A DNA stretch of 32,411 bases from Nemertoderma westbladi (taxonomy: Eukaryota > Animalia > Xenacoelomorpha): the NCBI GenBank assembly GCA_032718475.1, contig JAUCBJ010006353.1, positions 1 to 32,411 of the forward strand. The letters are read 5' to 3'. The notes under the pieces were generated by a model, which was not told the DNA's origin, made no database searches, and saw only the letters and a program-made list of their open reading frames with translations. Numbering within the stretch: position 1 is the first letter of the stretch; each line of letters begins with the position of its first letter. Positions 1 to 10,700 of this stretch are shown in pieces. The position numbers and the translations under genes were made by a program.

Positions 1-1310
1 TTTTCTATATTCCCCCATTTCCAACCTATATTTTTCTTGAGTAGTTCAAACAAGGGCTGAGCAATCCCAGACAGTTTATCTACAAAACTACTATAGAACC
101 TCACCATTCCCAGAAAGCTTTGTAAGCTTGGAATATCTACTGGTGGTGGCATCTCAACAATGGCCTTTATTTTAACAGGATCTACAGATCGGCCTTTATC
201 TGAAAATACAAAACCAAGATAAGTTAAACTAGTTTGGGCAAATAAACATTTATCTCTCCGCAGTTTTACTCCTGCAACCTGAAGACGATTGAATACAACT
301 CGTAATAATTCTTCATGTGACTTCATATCTTTAGAGACCAATAACATGTCATCCAAACGTATATACATACACATCCTCTATTCCCTCTAATACTTTCTCC
401 ATCTCCCGCTGTACTATAGCTGGTGCTGATGAAATACCGTACGGCAACCTTTCATATTGTAATAAGCCTTTAATTGTATTTACTGTTAGAATATCCTTGG
501 AACTCTCATCTAGCTCAAACTGTTCATAGCAAGTTTTCATATCTAATTTCGAGAAAATTTTACCTTTCGACAACTTTGCAAAAATATCCTCCATGCAAGG
601 CAATGAATATGCCTCTGTATCAACCATTTTAGCAATAGTCCCTGTATAATCTGCATGTAATCTGACAGCACCACCCAGTTTTGCCACTGTCACCATGGGT
701 GAGGCCTACTGTGATGTACCTACAGGGGTCAGTGTACCTCTATCAATCATTTCTGTTAAAGTTTCTTTCACTTTCTCTTGAAGAGCTAATGGAACAGGAC
801 GAGCCTTACGGAAAACAGGGGTCCTGTTACTTCCCAACTGAATGTGAGCATTAAAACCCTTCCAATCCTTCTCACCAAATCTTGCCCAACGCCTTTCCAA
901 ACAAATCGGAATATTCACCAATCAATGACTGGATATTATAAATTGAGTTCATTGAATTTTCATTATGTAGAATCTGAACTAAGTTCAGATTTAGTGAAAT
1001 GAAATTGAATTCGACACATTGATCAAGACCTAGTGCTAGTAGTGCAGGACCTTCCCCATCTTTAACCACAGTGAGCAGACGTTTAATGGGTACTTCATCA
1101 ACAAGTCCGACAAGTCCGACACCTAATAATGTAGATTCAATAGGCTGTACTGTATGCTGTCCAAACACGCATAATGGTGATACTTTTTTTAGAGTATATT
1201 CACCTTTCAAATATGATGCCGGTATAATGTTCTTCCCTGATCCTGTGTCTAACTCAAAAGTCCTTCTAACTCCTTCTATCATTATTTCACCAACAATTTT
1301 TGAACGGTCT
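1..1310 (-). pseudogene. pol: pol remnant: aspartic protease, reverse transcriptase and RT connection region
   Basis: FELDTGSGKNII (protease); PVFRKARPVPLALQEKV; IFSKLDMKTCYEQ; RLPYGISSAPAIVQREM; after a frameshift near 355 LDDMLLVS...KLRRDKCLFAQTSLTYLGF...LQSFLGMVRFYSSFV. Several frameshifts and stops. Confidence 0.92.
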
Positions 1311-1942
1311 TCTATTCTAAATGAGTATGAAAACTCATCTTCAAAAGTGGTCCCAGGCCCACTGACTAAATTTGTCCCTGTACTTGTACTACTTATAGTA
1401 TTCCAAGATGTTGCAGATGGAGGCTTATTTGTACAACACCTCCAAAAATGGTTCTGACCATGACAACCAATGCATACTCTCCCAAAAGCAGGGCACAAAT
1501 CTCATCTCATTCCATGCACCAAGCCACAGTACCTACACTTGTACATCTTTGCACTGTTTCCACTCATATTTCTATTAAATCCAGTTGCACTACTTCCTCT
1601 CCCCTCTGTATTAACATAAACTTCAACAGAATTATGTCATCATTACTGGTGGGCCTAACTTTCATAAAATCTGACTGTCTTTGAGCAATTTCCATAGTGC
1701 GAGCTAGCCTTAATACATCATGAAATTCTGTAAGGCCCCTCTCAAATATGCGAGTCCTTAACGCGGCGTGTTTGTATGGCGAAGTAATATACTTAATATT
1801 CTGGTATCTGCCAATGAGTAACTACATGAAGGACACTCAAGTTTTCAAAATTGTGCCTGTTTCCTGAGGTGACCCATATAATCAATCTTTGTACTTTCGC
1901 CTTGTTGCTGAACCATCTCATTTAGACGAAATTCCTCAAACA

Positions 1943-2166
1943 GGGATGTAGGACAATTCGGTCCCGGACAATTCGGTCCCGGACAATTGGGCCCGGACAA
2001 TTGGGTCCCGGACAATTCGGTCCCGGACAATTCGGTCCCGGACCAATTCGGTCCCGGACAATTCGGTCCCTAATATGCATGTTTCGGGACCGAATTGTCC
2101 TAGTCAGTATCCGGACAATTCGGTCCCAAAACACAAAATTAATGGGACCGAATTGTCCTGCTTCCC
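1943..2166. mobile_element. Non-autonomous foldback/MITE (possibly Mutator-like) built of 15-bp GGACAATTCGGTCCC units
   Basis: Ends GGGATGTAGGACAATTCGGTCCC and GGGACCGAATTGTCCTGCTTCCC are inverted; flanked by direct repeat TCAAACA (1936-1942, 2167-2173; extendable to 9-bp CCTCAAACA); about 8 tandem units at left plus further direct and inverted units. Confidence 0.85.
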
Positions 2167-2268
2167 TCAAACAATGTGGTATCAACAGGACAAAATCTCT
2201 TGGTAATAATTCGTATCATTGCAATATAATTACTTTCATGCTCCAATTTAATAATTTTTAATGTATCA

Positions 2269-3753
2269 GTAGATGGTGTTCCCCCTGAGGTCTTTAAAAT
2301 ACCTGAGTGTTTAAAGCTTATCTATCCCATCATAGTAGACATGTACCGAACAACAAGAGTCCCACAAGAAATGAAAACAAATAAGTTGGTGCCAGTTCCC
2401 AAGAAGGGCAACCTAACACTCTATGGTTCTTTTCGGGGAATCTCATTGATCTCGATTGCTGCAAAGCTATACAATAGGATTCTATTAAATCGCATCAGGG
2501 ATCCCATTGAGAGACTGCTCCGTGGAAATCAGAATGGGTTCCGTAAAGGTCGTGGGACCATGGAGCCCATTTTGGCACTTAGAAGGATAATTGAAGAGTT
2601 ATCAAATAAGAAAGACAGGCATCTGGCTGTTATCTTTGTTGACTTCTTCAAGGCCTTTGATTCAGTCTCTCGCTCACGTATGTTCAGCATACTTTCATTA
2701 TATGGGATTCCTGATGAAATTATTGCAGCAATCAGATCAGTATACGATGGTTCGACAACATTTGTGTCTACTGTTGACGGTGACACAGAACCATTTGAAG
2801 TGTTATGGGGCGTCCTCCAAGGAGACACACTTGCACCATTCTTGTTCATTATTGTGGTTGACTATGTTCTACGCATGTCCTTAGATCATTATAATGATGA
2901 TGGGGTGATGATAACTCCACCTACTGGCTCCAGAAGTCGAGGAAATCCTGCCAAGTACCTAACTGATCTAGACTTTGCTGATGACTTAGGAGTACTCTCA
3001 GAATCATTAGAGGGAGCCCAACGGCTCTTCAGCTCATTAGAACATGCTGCTTCTAGTGTTGGTCTTTTTATTAACTCCAGAAAGACCAAAATTCTGACAG
3101 TTAACTTTGAAAGTCCTCAGCAAGTCTTTGATCGGATGAGCATAAGCTCAAAGGATGGTATGCTTGAGCATGTGGATGACTTCTGTTACCTGGGATCATG
3201 GATCCGGAAGTCAGGTGAGGACCTTCGAATACGTAAGGGAAAGGCATGGGCAGCCTTGAATAGGCTTTCCAGGATTTGGAAGTCACCGAGAATTAATCGG
3301 AAACTTAAGGTCCGATTATTTAGAGCAGCAGTAGTTCCAGTACTCCTCTATGGGAGTCCATGCTGGGCTCTAACAACTGAGGACACCAAATCTCTGGATG
3401 GCACATTCACAAGAATGCTACGCCGGGTTCATTGTGTCAAGTACAATGCACACATCTCCAACCAGACATTATATAACATTGGAGGTGTCTCATTGGTTCC
3501 CCCAAGCTTGACACTAGAACAAAATCGCCTCCGCTTTGCAGGACATTGCTTTCGCCGTGAGGACCAGCCAGTGCATAATCTTGTACTTTGGCAGCCTCAT
3601 GGAGTGAATAAGCATGGTGGACAGCCCATGACTTTCTTGAGACGCATCTTAAAGGACACTGGCCTTGAAGATGCGGATGATCTAGCAAATGTCATGGGTG
3701 ATAGGGAGTTGTGGCGGTGCAATTTTGTTGACAAGCCGGCACAGCATTCTTAA
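2269..3753 (+). CDS. LINE reverse transcriptase, uninterrupted but 5'-truncated (APE domain missing)
   Basis: Frame is open from VDGVPPEVFK; PVPKKG..FRGISLIS, QNGFRKGRG, FVDFFKAFDSV, GVLQGDTLAPFLF, DLDFADD, FCYLGS, VLLYGS..W, RLRFAGHCFR (RTE-type C-terminus, no zinc knuckle). Confidence 0.9.
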   Translation, partial: VDGVPPEVFKIPECLKLIYPIIVDMYRTTRVPQEMKTNKLVPVPKKGNLTLYGSFRGISLISIAAKLYNRILLNRIRDPIERLLRGNQNGFRKGRGTMEPILALRRIIEELSNKKDRHLAVIFVDFFKAFDSVSRSRMFSILSLYGIPDEIIAAIRSVYDGSTTFVSTVDGDTEPFEVLWGVLQGDTLAPFLFIIVVDYVLRMSLDHYNDDGVMITPPTGSRSRGNPAKYLTDLDFADDLGVLSESLEGAQRLFSSLEHAASSVGLFINSRKTKILTVNFESPQQVFDRMSISSKDGMLEHVDDFCYLGSWIRKSGEDLRIRKGKAWAALNRLSRIWKSPRINRKLKVRLFRAAVVPVLLYGSPCWALTTEDTKSLDGTFTRMLRRVHCVKYNAHISNQTLYNIGGVSLVPPSLTLEQNRLRFAGHCFRREDQPVHNLVLWQPHGVNKHGGQPMTFLRRILKDTGLEDADDLANVMGDRELWRCNFVDKPAQHS

Positions 3754-3799
3754 AAATGCAGCTGCAATGCAGCATGCCGATCCTAGTAGTAGTAGTAGT
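2269..3799 (+). mobile_element. 5'-truncated non-LTR retrotransposon (RTE-like LINE), copy 1
   Basis: TSD ATGTATCA (2261-2268, 3800-3807); (TAG)n tail 3784-3799; very short 3' UTR; RT ORF without endonuclease. Confidence 0.93.
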
Positions 3800-3951
3800 A
3801 TGTATCACCAATCTACGTATATCAGGCCCAGCGCAGTGTTTAAACAGTGCTATCTTTTGTTCATCAGATTGTTCATCAGAGTATCCTGAATAAGGCAACC
3901 CGTAAAAGTCGTACACCGGCCTGCCGATAAAGAGTGTTGCTCCAGAACTTT

Positions 3952-3964
3952 ATCCTCGTCGCCA
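3952..3964 (-). promoter_or_regulatory. Primer binding site complementary to tRNA-Ser(GCT) 3' end
   Basis: Minus strand TGGCGACGAGGAT one base after the LTR end ...ACAACA; complement of ATCCTCGTCG-CCA. Confidence 0.85.
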
Positions 3965-3965
3965 T

Positions 3966-4064
3966 TGTTGTATAGTTTATATAAGTTTAAAATATAATAG
4001 TCCGACCGTAATTTACACCGGTGTATATTTCAGTACCATCTTTCAATAGGCCTATCCAACAACA
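3966..4064 (-). repeat. 5' LTR (about 99 bp) of the Mag-like element
   Basis: TGTTG...CAACA termini adjacent to the PBS; partner LTR is outside the window, so the outer boundary is inferred (4061 or 4064). Confidence 0.7.
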
Positions 4065-4477
4065 TCTCACTACGGTACTACCACATACCACACTACACAC
4101 TACTGCAGACTACACTGTACTGGTAGTCCTATTTTATCCCTGTTGGGCCTAGGGCATATATCGATGGCTTATTTCCAAAATGTCCCAAACGACAAATTTT
4201 CAAAAATATTTTTTATTGGCAAATTTAACTCTACACATTGTGGTAAGGTTGTCAATCGTGCCGGTTTGCTCATATCGTTATTCACTTTCAAGTTATTAGC
4301 AAAAGTATAATGTCCCAAACGCCAATTATAAAACAATTTTATTTTCAAAATGTTCCAAATGCCACTAAATAATTCCAAATGCGTCTGTAATTCATTTAAA
4401 ATCGCCTAAAATGAAGCGTCAAATTGTCCCAAACGACATTATCGTTGTATTTCTTTCGATCTGCAAAAGGTCCTTAA

Positions 4478-5004
4478 TACCCCACACTCTGATTCGATGC
4501 TCATTGGGTACCCCACACTCTGATTCGATGCTCATTGGGTACCCCACACTCTGATTCGATGCTCATTGGGTACCCCACACTCTGATTCCATGCTCATTGG
4601 ATACCCCACACTCTGATTCGATGCTCATTGGATACCCCACACTCTGATTCGATGCTCATTGGATACCCCACACTCTGATTCGATGCTCATTGGATACCCC
4701 ACACTCTGATTCGATGCTCATTGGATACCCCACACTCTGGTTCGATGCTCATTGGGTACCCCACACTCTGATTCGATGCTCATTGGGTACCCCACACTCT
4801 GATTCGATGCTCATTGGATACCCCACACTTTGATTCGATGCTCATTGGATACCCCACACTCTGATTCGATGCTCATTGGATACCCCACACTCTGATTCGA
4901 TGCTCATTGGGTACCCCACACTCTGATTCGATGCTCATTGGGTACCCCACACTCTGATTCGATGCTCATTGGGTACCCCACACTCTGATTCGATGCTCAT
5001 TGGG
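4478..5004 (+). repeat. Tandem array, 17 x 31 bp TACCCCACACTCTGATTCGATGCTCATTGG(G/A)
   Basis: 527 bp = 17 x 31; G- and A-ending variants occur in blocks. Confidence 0.98.
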
Positions 5005-5294
5005 TATTCCAGACGGTTGGCCTTTTATAATGAATCGATCTTTGAGAGCGGAGTTAAACACGGGTATTGTTACATTTGGGGGGGAAACACTGGTAAACGG
5101 GGATCAATAGAGGTTGCATCTGTTTTGTATAAACATCTTCTTGACATTAGTGTTAGGTGCCCTAATGTGGCAAAGATAGATATAATGTGTGACAGCTGTG
5201 GGGGGCAGAGTAAAAACAGGATTGTTATTGCTGCACTGAGTCAAATTATTTTACGACTGGCTAACGTGAAACGAATCCGACTCATATTTTTGCT

Positions 5295-6306
5295 ACCAGG
5301 ACACACGAATATGCCGGTAGATTCTGTACACGCCCGTATAACCAGGACACACGAATATGCCGGTAGATTCTGTACACGCCCGTATAACCAGGACACACGA
5401 ATATGCCGGTAGATTCTGTACACGCCCGTATAACCAGGACACACGAATATGCCGGTAGATTCTGTACACGCCCGTATAACCAGGACACACGAATATGCCG
5501 GTAGATTCTGTACACGCCCGTATAACCAGGACACACGAATATGCCGGTAGATTCTGTACACGCCCGTATAACCAGGACACACGAATATGCCGGTAGATTC
5601 TGTACACGCCCGTATAACCAGGACACACGAATATGCCGGTAGATTCTGTACACGCCCGTATAACCAGGACACACGAATATGCCGGTAGATTCTGTACACG
5701 CCCGTATAACCAGGACACACGAATATGCCGGTAGATTCTGTACACGCCCGTATAACCAGGACACACGAATATGCCGGTAGATTCTGTACACGCCCGTATA
5801 ACCAGGACACACGAATATGCCGGTAGATTCTGTACACGCCCGTATAACCAGGACACACGAATATGCCGGTAGATTCTGTACACGCCCGTATAACCAGGAC
5901 ACACGAATATGCCGGTAGATTCTGTACACGCCCGTATAACCAGGACACACGAATATGCCGGTAGATTCTGTACACGCCCGTATAACCAGGACACACGAAT
6001 ATGCCGGTAGATTCTGTACACGCCCGTATAACCAGGACACACGAATATGCCGGTAGATTCTGTACACGCCCGTATAACCAGGACACACGAATATGCCGGT
6101 AGATTCTGTACACGCCCGTATAACCAGGACACACGAATATGCCGGTAGATTCTGTACACGCCCGTATAACCAGGACACACGAATATGCCGGTAGATTCTG
6201 TACACGCCCGTATAACCAGGACACACGAATATGCCGGTAGATTCTGTACACGCCCGTATAACCAGGACACACGAATATGCCGGTAGATTCTGTACACGCC
6301 AGTATA
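5295..6306 (+). repeat. Tandem array, 22 x 46 bp ACCAGGACACACGAATATGCCGGTAGATTCTGTACACGCCCGTATA
   Basis: 1012 bp = 22 x 46; first 21 units appear identical, last ends AGTATA. Confidence 0.98.
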
Positions 6307-7704
6307 GAGAATTATCTTCATCACAAGGATGTTTGGGCTCCCTCGGAGTGGAAAACTGTCATTCTGCACGCAAAAGTCCTCGCCGATCCATACGAGGTCG
6401 TTGAAATGAAGTCAAACGACTTCCTGGATTTGAAAATCATACAGAAGAAGCTCCTTCCAACTGGTGTCAAATACGAGCAAAGTGAGGTGGTCAAGTTTTC
6501 TGAGAACCTTATGGAGTTTCCATAAGGTTGAGTCTACAGTTGACATACACTATGCAAACACACTTAATTCTTCTGCCTCAACGTTCGAAATTGTTCATTC
6601 TGGTAGAAATCGTGGACGCCATCCTCATCGCCTTGATCTTCCATCGTGTGCATACCCAAATCAGATTCCCATCAGCGCCACAAAATTCAAAGATCTCATG
6701 AAGTTGTGTAAAAAAATATTATTCCCATCGAGTTTCGAGCTGAATATGAGGCGTTGATACCAGATGAGTCGGTCGCTGATAATTTAAATGAGTCTGATGA
6801 AGAGGAGTTGGTACCCAACGAGGATTAATGATAAGTGTACCCTGTACTGTTGTAATTCGAACTTAATATGATTAGGCCCTATTATAGTTGGACTTACTAA
6901 TACTGTTGGAGTGTATAATGGCTAATAATACTATTAAAGATTTACTATACTATCATAATACTAAATATTTTACAATATAATATGGCATTTGGAATATTTT
7001 GAAGTGAACAAATTTTCCATATTGACAGAGAATATAGTTTTTTCAAAATGTTCCAAACACCGTAGATCGCGATCGCCATTGAATGTGGTTGTTTAAAAAA
7101 AACCATGGGCTGGGCTTAAAGCACGTTGGTTTTGCATGTTATTTGACAAAAACCCACCTACCTCTACGCTACGGGTAACTTAACAGAATTAGAATATTAA
7201 AAAATAATTTACAGAGAAAAGTAAAATTTGTCGTTTGGGATATTTTGGAAATAAGCCATCGATATATAATGGAAAACCCCTTCTCCAATCATTTTACAGT
7301 ATTATAGATTATAACAATTTCTTCAAGGGCAAAACCTCGAAGATCCGAAGGGATACGAAAGAGAAACTGGGAGAAATGACAACCTGGACGCGATTTGATC
7401 AACGGATCCGCCTCATTCATTTCCACTTCAGATGCGACTCATTTAAAGTTCGGTGTGTGCCGTTTAAAGAGGAAACATTATGTCACTAGCCCATATAGCT
7501 TCATTATCATAATGGACTGGATTCAGTCCACATTGCATTGCAGCATTCCCATATCACACAGCAATGATACAGATAGGCATTGGGATAGGTTCCAGATTCC
7601 AATGGAAACCGGAATGCCATGGAGTAAGCTCTGCATGCGCACAATTTCAAGAACAGCTCTGGATTGTGACATCCATTCATTGCCTTCACCACAAGAGATA
7701 TGAA

Positions 7705-10700
7705 CCAACACCTTAGCTGTAGCACTCCTCTATGTGGGCATTGTCTCCAACAACGCAACACCTAAGCTGTAGCACTCCTCTATTTGGGCAGTGTCTCCAA
7801 CACCTTAGCTGCAACACTCCTATATGTGGGCAGTGTCTCCAACACCTTAGCTGCAGCACTCCTCTATGTGGGCATTGTCTCCAACACCTTAGCTGTAGCA
7901 CTCGTCTATGTGGGCAGTGTCTCCAACACCTTAGCTGCAGCACTCCTATATGTGGGCAGTGTCTCCAACACCTTAGCTGTAGCACTCGTCTATGTGGGCA
8001 GTGTCTCCAACACCTTAGCTGCAGCACTCCTATATGTGGGCAGTGTCTCCAACACCTTAGCTGCAGCACTCCTCTATGTGGGCAGTGTCTCCAACACCTT
8101 AGCTGCAGCACTCCTATATGTGGGCAGTGTCTCCAACACCTTAGCTGTAGCACTCGTCTATGTGGGCAGTGTCTCCAACACCTTAGCTGCAGCACTCCTA
8201 TATGTGGGCAGTGTCTCCAACACCTTAGCTGTAGCACTCCTCTATTTGGGCAGTGTCTCCAACACCTTAGCTGCAGCACTCCTATATGTGGGCAGTGTCT
8301 CCAACACCTTAGCTGCAGCACTCCTCTATGTGGGCAGTGTCTCCAACACCTTAGCTGCAGCACTCCTATATGTGGGCAGTGTCTCCAACACCTTAGCTGT
8401 AGCACTCGTCTATGTGGGCAGTGTCTCCAACACCTTAGCTGCAGCACTCCTATATGTGGGCAGTGTCTCCAACACCTTAGCTGTAGCACTCCTCTATTTG
8501 GGCAGTGTCTCCAACACCTTAGCTGTAGCACTCGTCTATGTGGGCAGTGTCACCAACACCTTAGCTGCAGCACTCCTATATGTGGGCAGTGTCTCCAACA
8601 ACGCAACACCTAAGCTGCAGCACTCCTCTATTTGGGCAGTGTCTCCAACACCTTAGCTGCAACACTCCTATATGTGGGCAGTGTCTCCAACACCTTAGCT
8701 GCAGCACTCCTCTATGTGGGCAGTGTCTCCAACACCTTAGCTGCAGCACTCCTATATGTGGGCAGTGTCTCCAACACCTTAGCTGTAGCACTCGTCTATG
8801 TGGGCAATGTCTCCAACACCTTAGCTGCAGCACTCCTATATGTAGGCAGTTTCTCCAACACCTTAGCTGTAGCACTCTCTCTATTTGGGCAGTGTCTCCA
8901 ACACCTTAGCTGCAGCACTCCTATATGTGGGCAGTGTCTCCAACAACGCAACACCTAAGCTGTAGCACTCCTCTATTTGGGCAGTGTCTCCAACACCTTA
9001 GCTGTAGCACTCGTCTATGTGGGCAGTGTCTCCAACACCTTAGCTGCAGCACTCCTCTATGTGGGCATTGTCTCCAACAACGCAACACCTAAGCTGTAGC
9101 ACTCCTCTATTTGGGCAGTGTCTCCAACACCTTAGCTGCAGCACTCCTCTATGTGGGCAGTGTCTCCAACACCTTAGCTGCAGCACTCCTATATGTGGGC
9201 AGTGTCTCCAACACCTTAGCTGTAGCACTCGTCTATGTGGGCAGTGTCTCCAACACCTTAGCTGCAGCACTCCTATATGTAGGCAGTGTCTCCAACACCT
9301 TAGCTGTAGCACTCTCTCTATTTGGGCAGTGTCTCCAACACCTTAGCTGCAGCACTCCTATATGTGGGCAGTGTCTCCAACAACGCAACACCTAAGCTGT
9401 AGCACTCCTCTATTTGGGCAGTGTCTCCAACACCTTAGCTGTAGCACTCCTCTATTTGGGCAGTGTCTCCAACACCTAAGCTGTAGCACTCCTCTATTTG
9501 GGCAGTGTCTCCAACACCTTAGCTGTAGCACTCGTCTATGTGGGCAGTGTCTCCAACACCTTAGCTGCAGCACTCCTATATGTGGGCAGTGTCTCCAACA
9601 CCTTAGCTGTAGCACTCTCTCTATTTGGGCAGTGTCTCCAACACCTTAGCTGCAGCACTCCTCTATGTGGGCAGTGTCTCCAACACCTTAGCTGCAGCAC
9701 TCCTCTATTTGGGCAGTGTCTCCAACACCTTAGATGTAGCACTCCTCTATTTGGGCAGTGTCTCCAACACCTTAGCTGTAGCACTCGTCTATGTGGGCAG
9801 TGTCTCCAACACCTTAGCTGCAGCACTCCTATATGTGGGCAGTGTCTCCAACACCTTAGCTGCAGCACTCCTCTATGTGGGCATTGTCTCCAACAACGCA
9901 ACACCTAAGCTGTAGCACTCCTCTATTTGGGCAGTGTCTCCAACACCTTAGCTGTAGCACTCCTCTATTTGGGCAGTGTCTCCAACACCTTAGCTGTAGC
10001 ACTCGTCTATGTGGGCAGTGTCTCCAACAACGCAACACCTAAGCTGTAGCACTCCTCTATTTGGGCAGTGTCTCCAACACCTAAGCTGTAGCACTCCTCT
10101 ATTTGGGCAGTGTCTCCAACACCTTAGCTGTAGCACTCGTCTATGTGGGCAGTGTCTCCAACACCTTAGCTGTAGCACTCCTCTATTTGGGCAGTGTCTC
10201 CAACACCTTAGCTGTAGCACTCGTCTATGTGGGCATTGTCTCCAACACCTTAGCTGCAGCACTCCTATATGCAACACCTTAGCTGCAGCACTCCTATATG
10301 TGGGCAGTGTCTCCAACACCTTAGCTGTAGCACTCCTATATGTGGGCAGTGTCTCCAACACCTTAGCTGCAGCACTCCTCTATGTGGGCATTGTCTCCAA
10401 TAACGCAACACCTAAGCTGTAGCACTCCTCTATTTGGGCAGTGTCTCCAACACCTTAGCTGTAGCACTCCTCTATTTGGGCAGTGTCTCCAACACCTTAG
10501 CTGTAGCACTCGTCTATGTGGGCAGTGTCTCCAACAACGCAACACCTAAGCTGTAGCACTCCTCTATTTGGGCAGTGTCTCCAACACCTAAGCTGTAGCA
10601 CTCCTCTATTTGGGCAGTGTCTCCAACACCTTAGCTGTAGCACTCGTCTATGTGGGCAGTGTCTCCAACACCTTAGCTGCAGCACTCCTCTATGTGGGCA

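Larger units (their letters stand above)
1430..3916 (-). pseudogene. gag: gag remnant in three pieces (about 3916-3800, 2268-2167, 1942-1430)
   Basis: KIALFKHCAGPDIRRL / DTLKII...RFCPVDTTLF / EEFRLNEMVQQQGES...HLRKQAQF, then CRYCGLVH...CPAFGRVCIGCHGQNHFWRCC; the pieces join when the two insertions are removed. Confidence 0.85.
1..4064 (-). mobile_element. Ty3/gypsy LTR retrotransposon, Mag-like, 5' half (runs off the left edge), decayed and interrupted by two nested insertions
   Basis: Minus-strand order LTR (4064-3966), PBS, gag with two CCHC knuckles, protease LDTGS, RT; short LTR and double knuckle are typical of Mag-clade elements. Confidence 0.9.
4437..6828 (+). pseudogene. Sola1-like DDD transposase, C-terminal half, disrupted by two tandem arrays and two frameshifts
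   Basis: Collapsing the arrays gives SFDLQKVLNTPHSDSMLIGYSRRLAFYN...GYCYIW...GKRGSIEVAS...CDSCGGQSKN...FLLPGHTNMPVDSVHASIE...PSEW...PYEVVEM..DFLD, ending KFKDLMKLC..IIP..EYEAL...NED*. Confidence 0.88.
4162..7261 (+). mobile_element. Sola1-type DNA transposon, internally deleted
   Basis: 39-bp TIRs with one mismatch (4162-4200 CGATGGCTTATTTCCAAAATGTCCCAAACGACAAATTTT; 7223-7261), ATAT TSD (4158-4161, 7262-7265; AWWT is the Sola1 target), subterminal TGTCCCAAACG and AAAATGTTCCAAA repeats. Confidence 0.85.

Noticed and set aside
1845-2261. GPNCP / GPGQF repeat ORFs
   Set aside because: Translations of the 15-bp units of the foldback insertion.
5241-6369. Three overlapping 314-358 aa minus-strand ORFs with a 46-aa repeat
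   Set aside because: A 46-bp unit lacking TTA/CTA/TCA leaves all antisense frames open; the sense strand is clearly transposase-derived.
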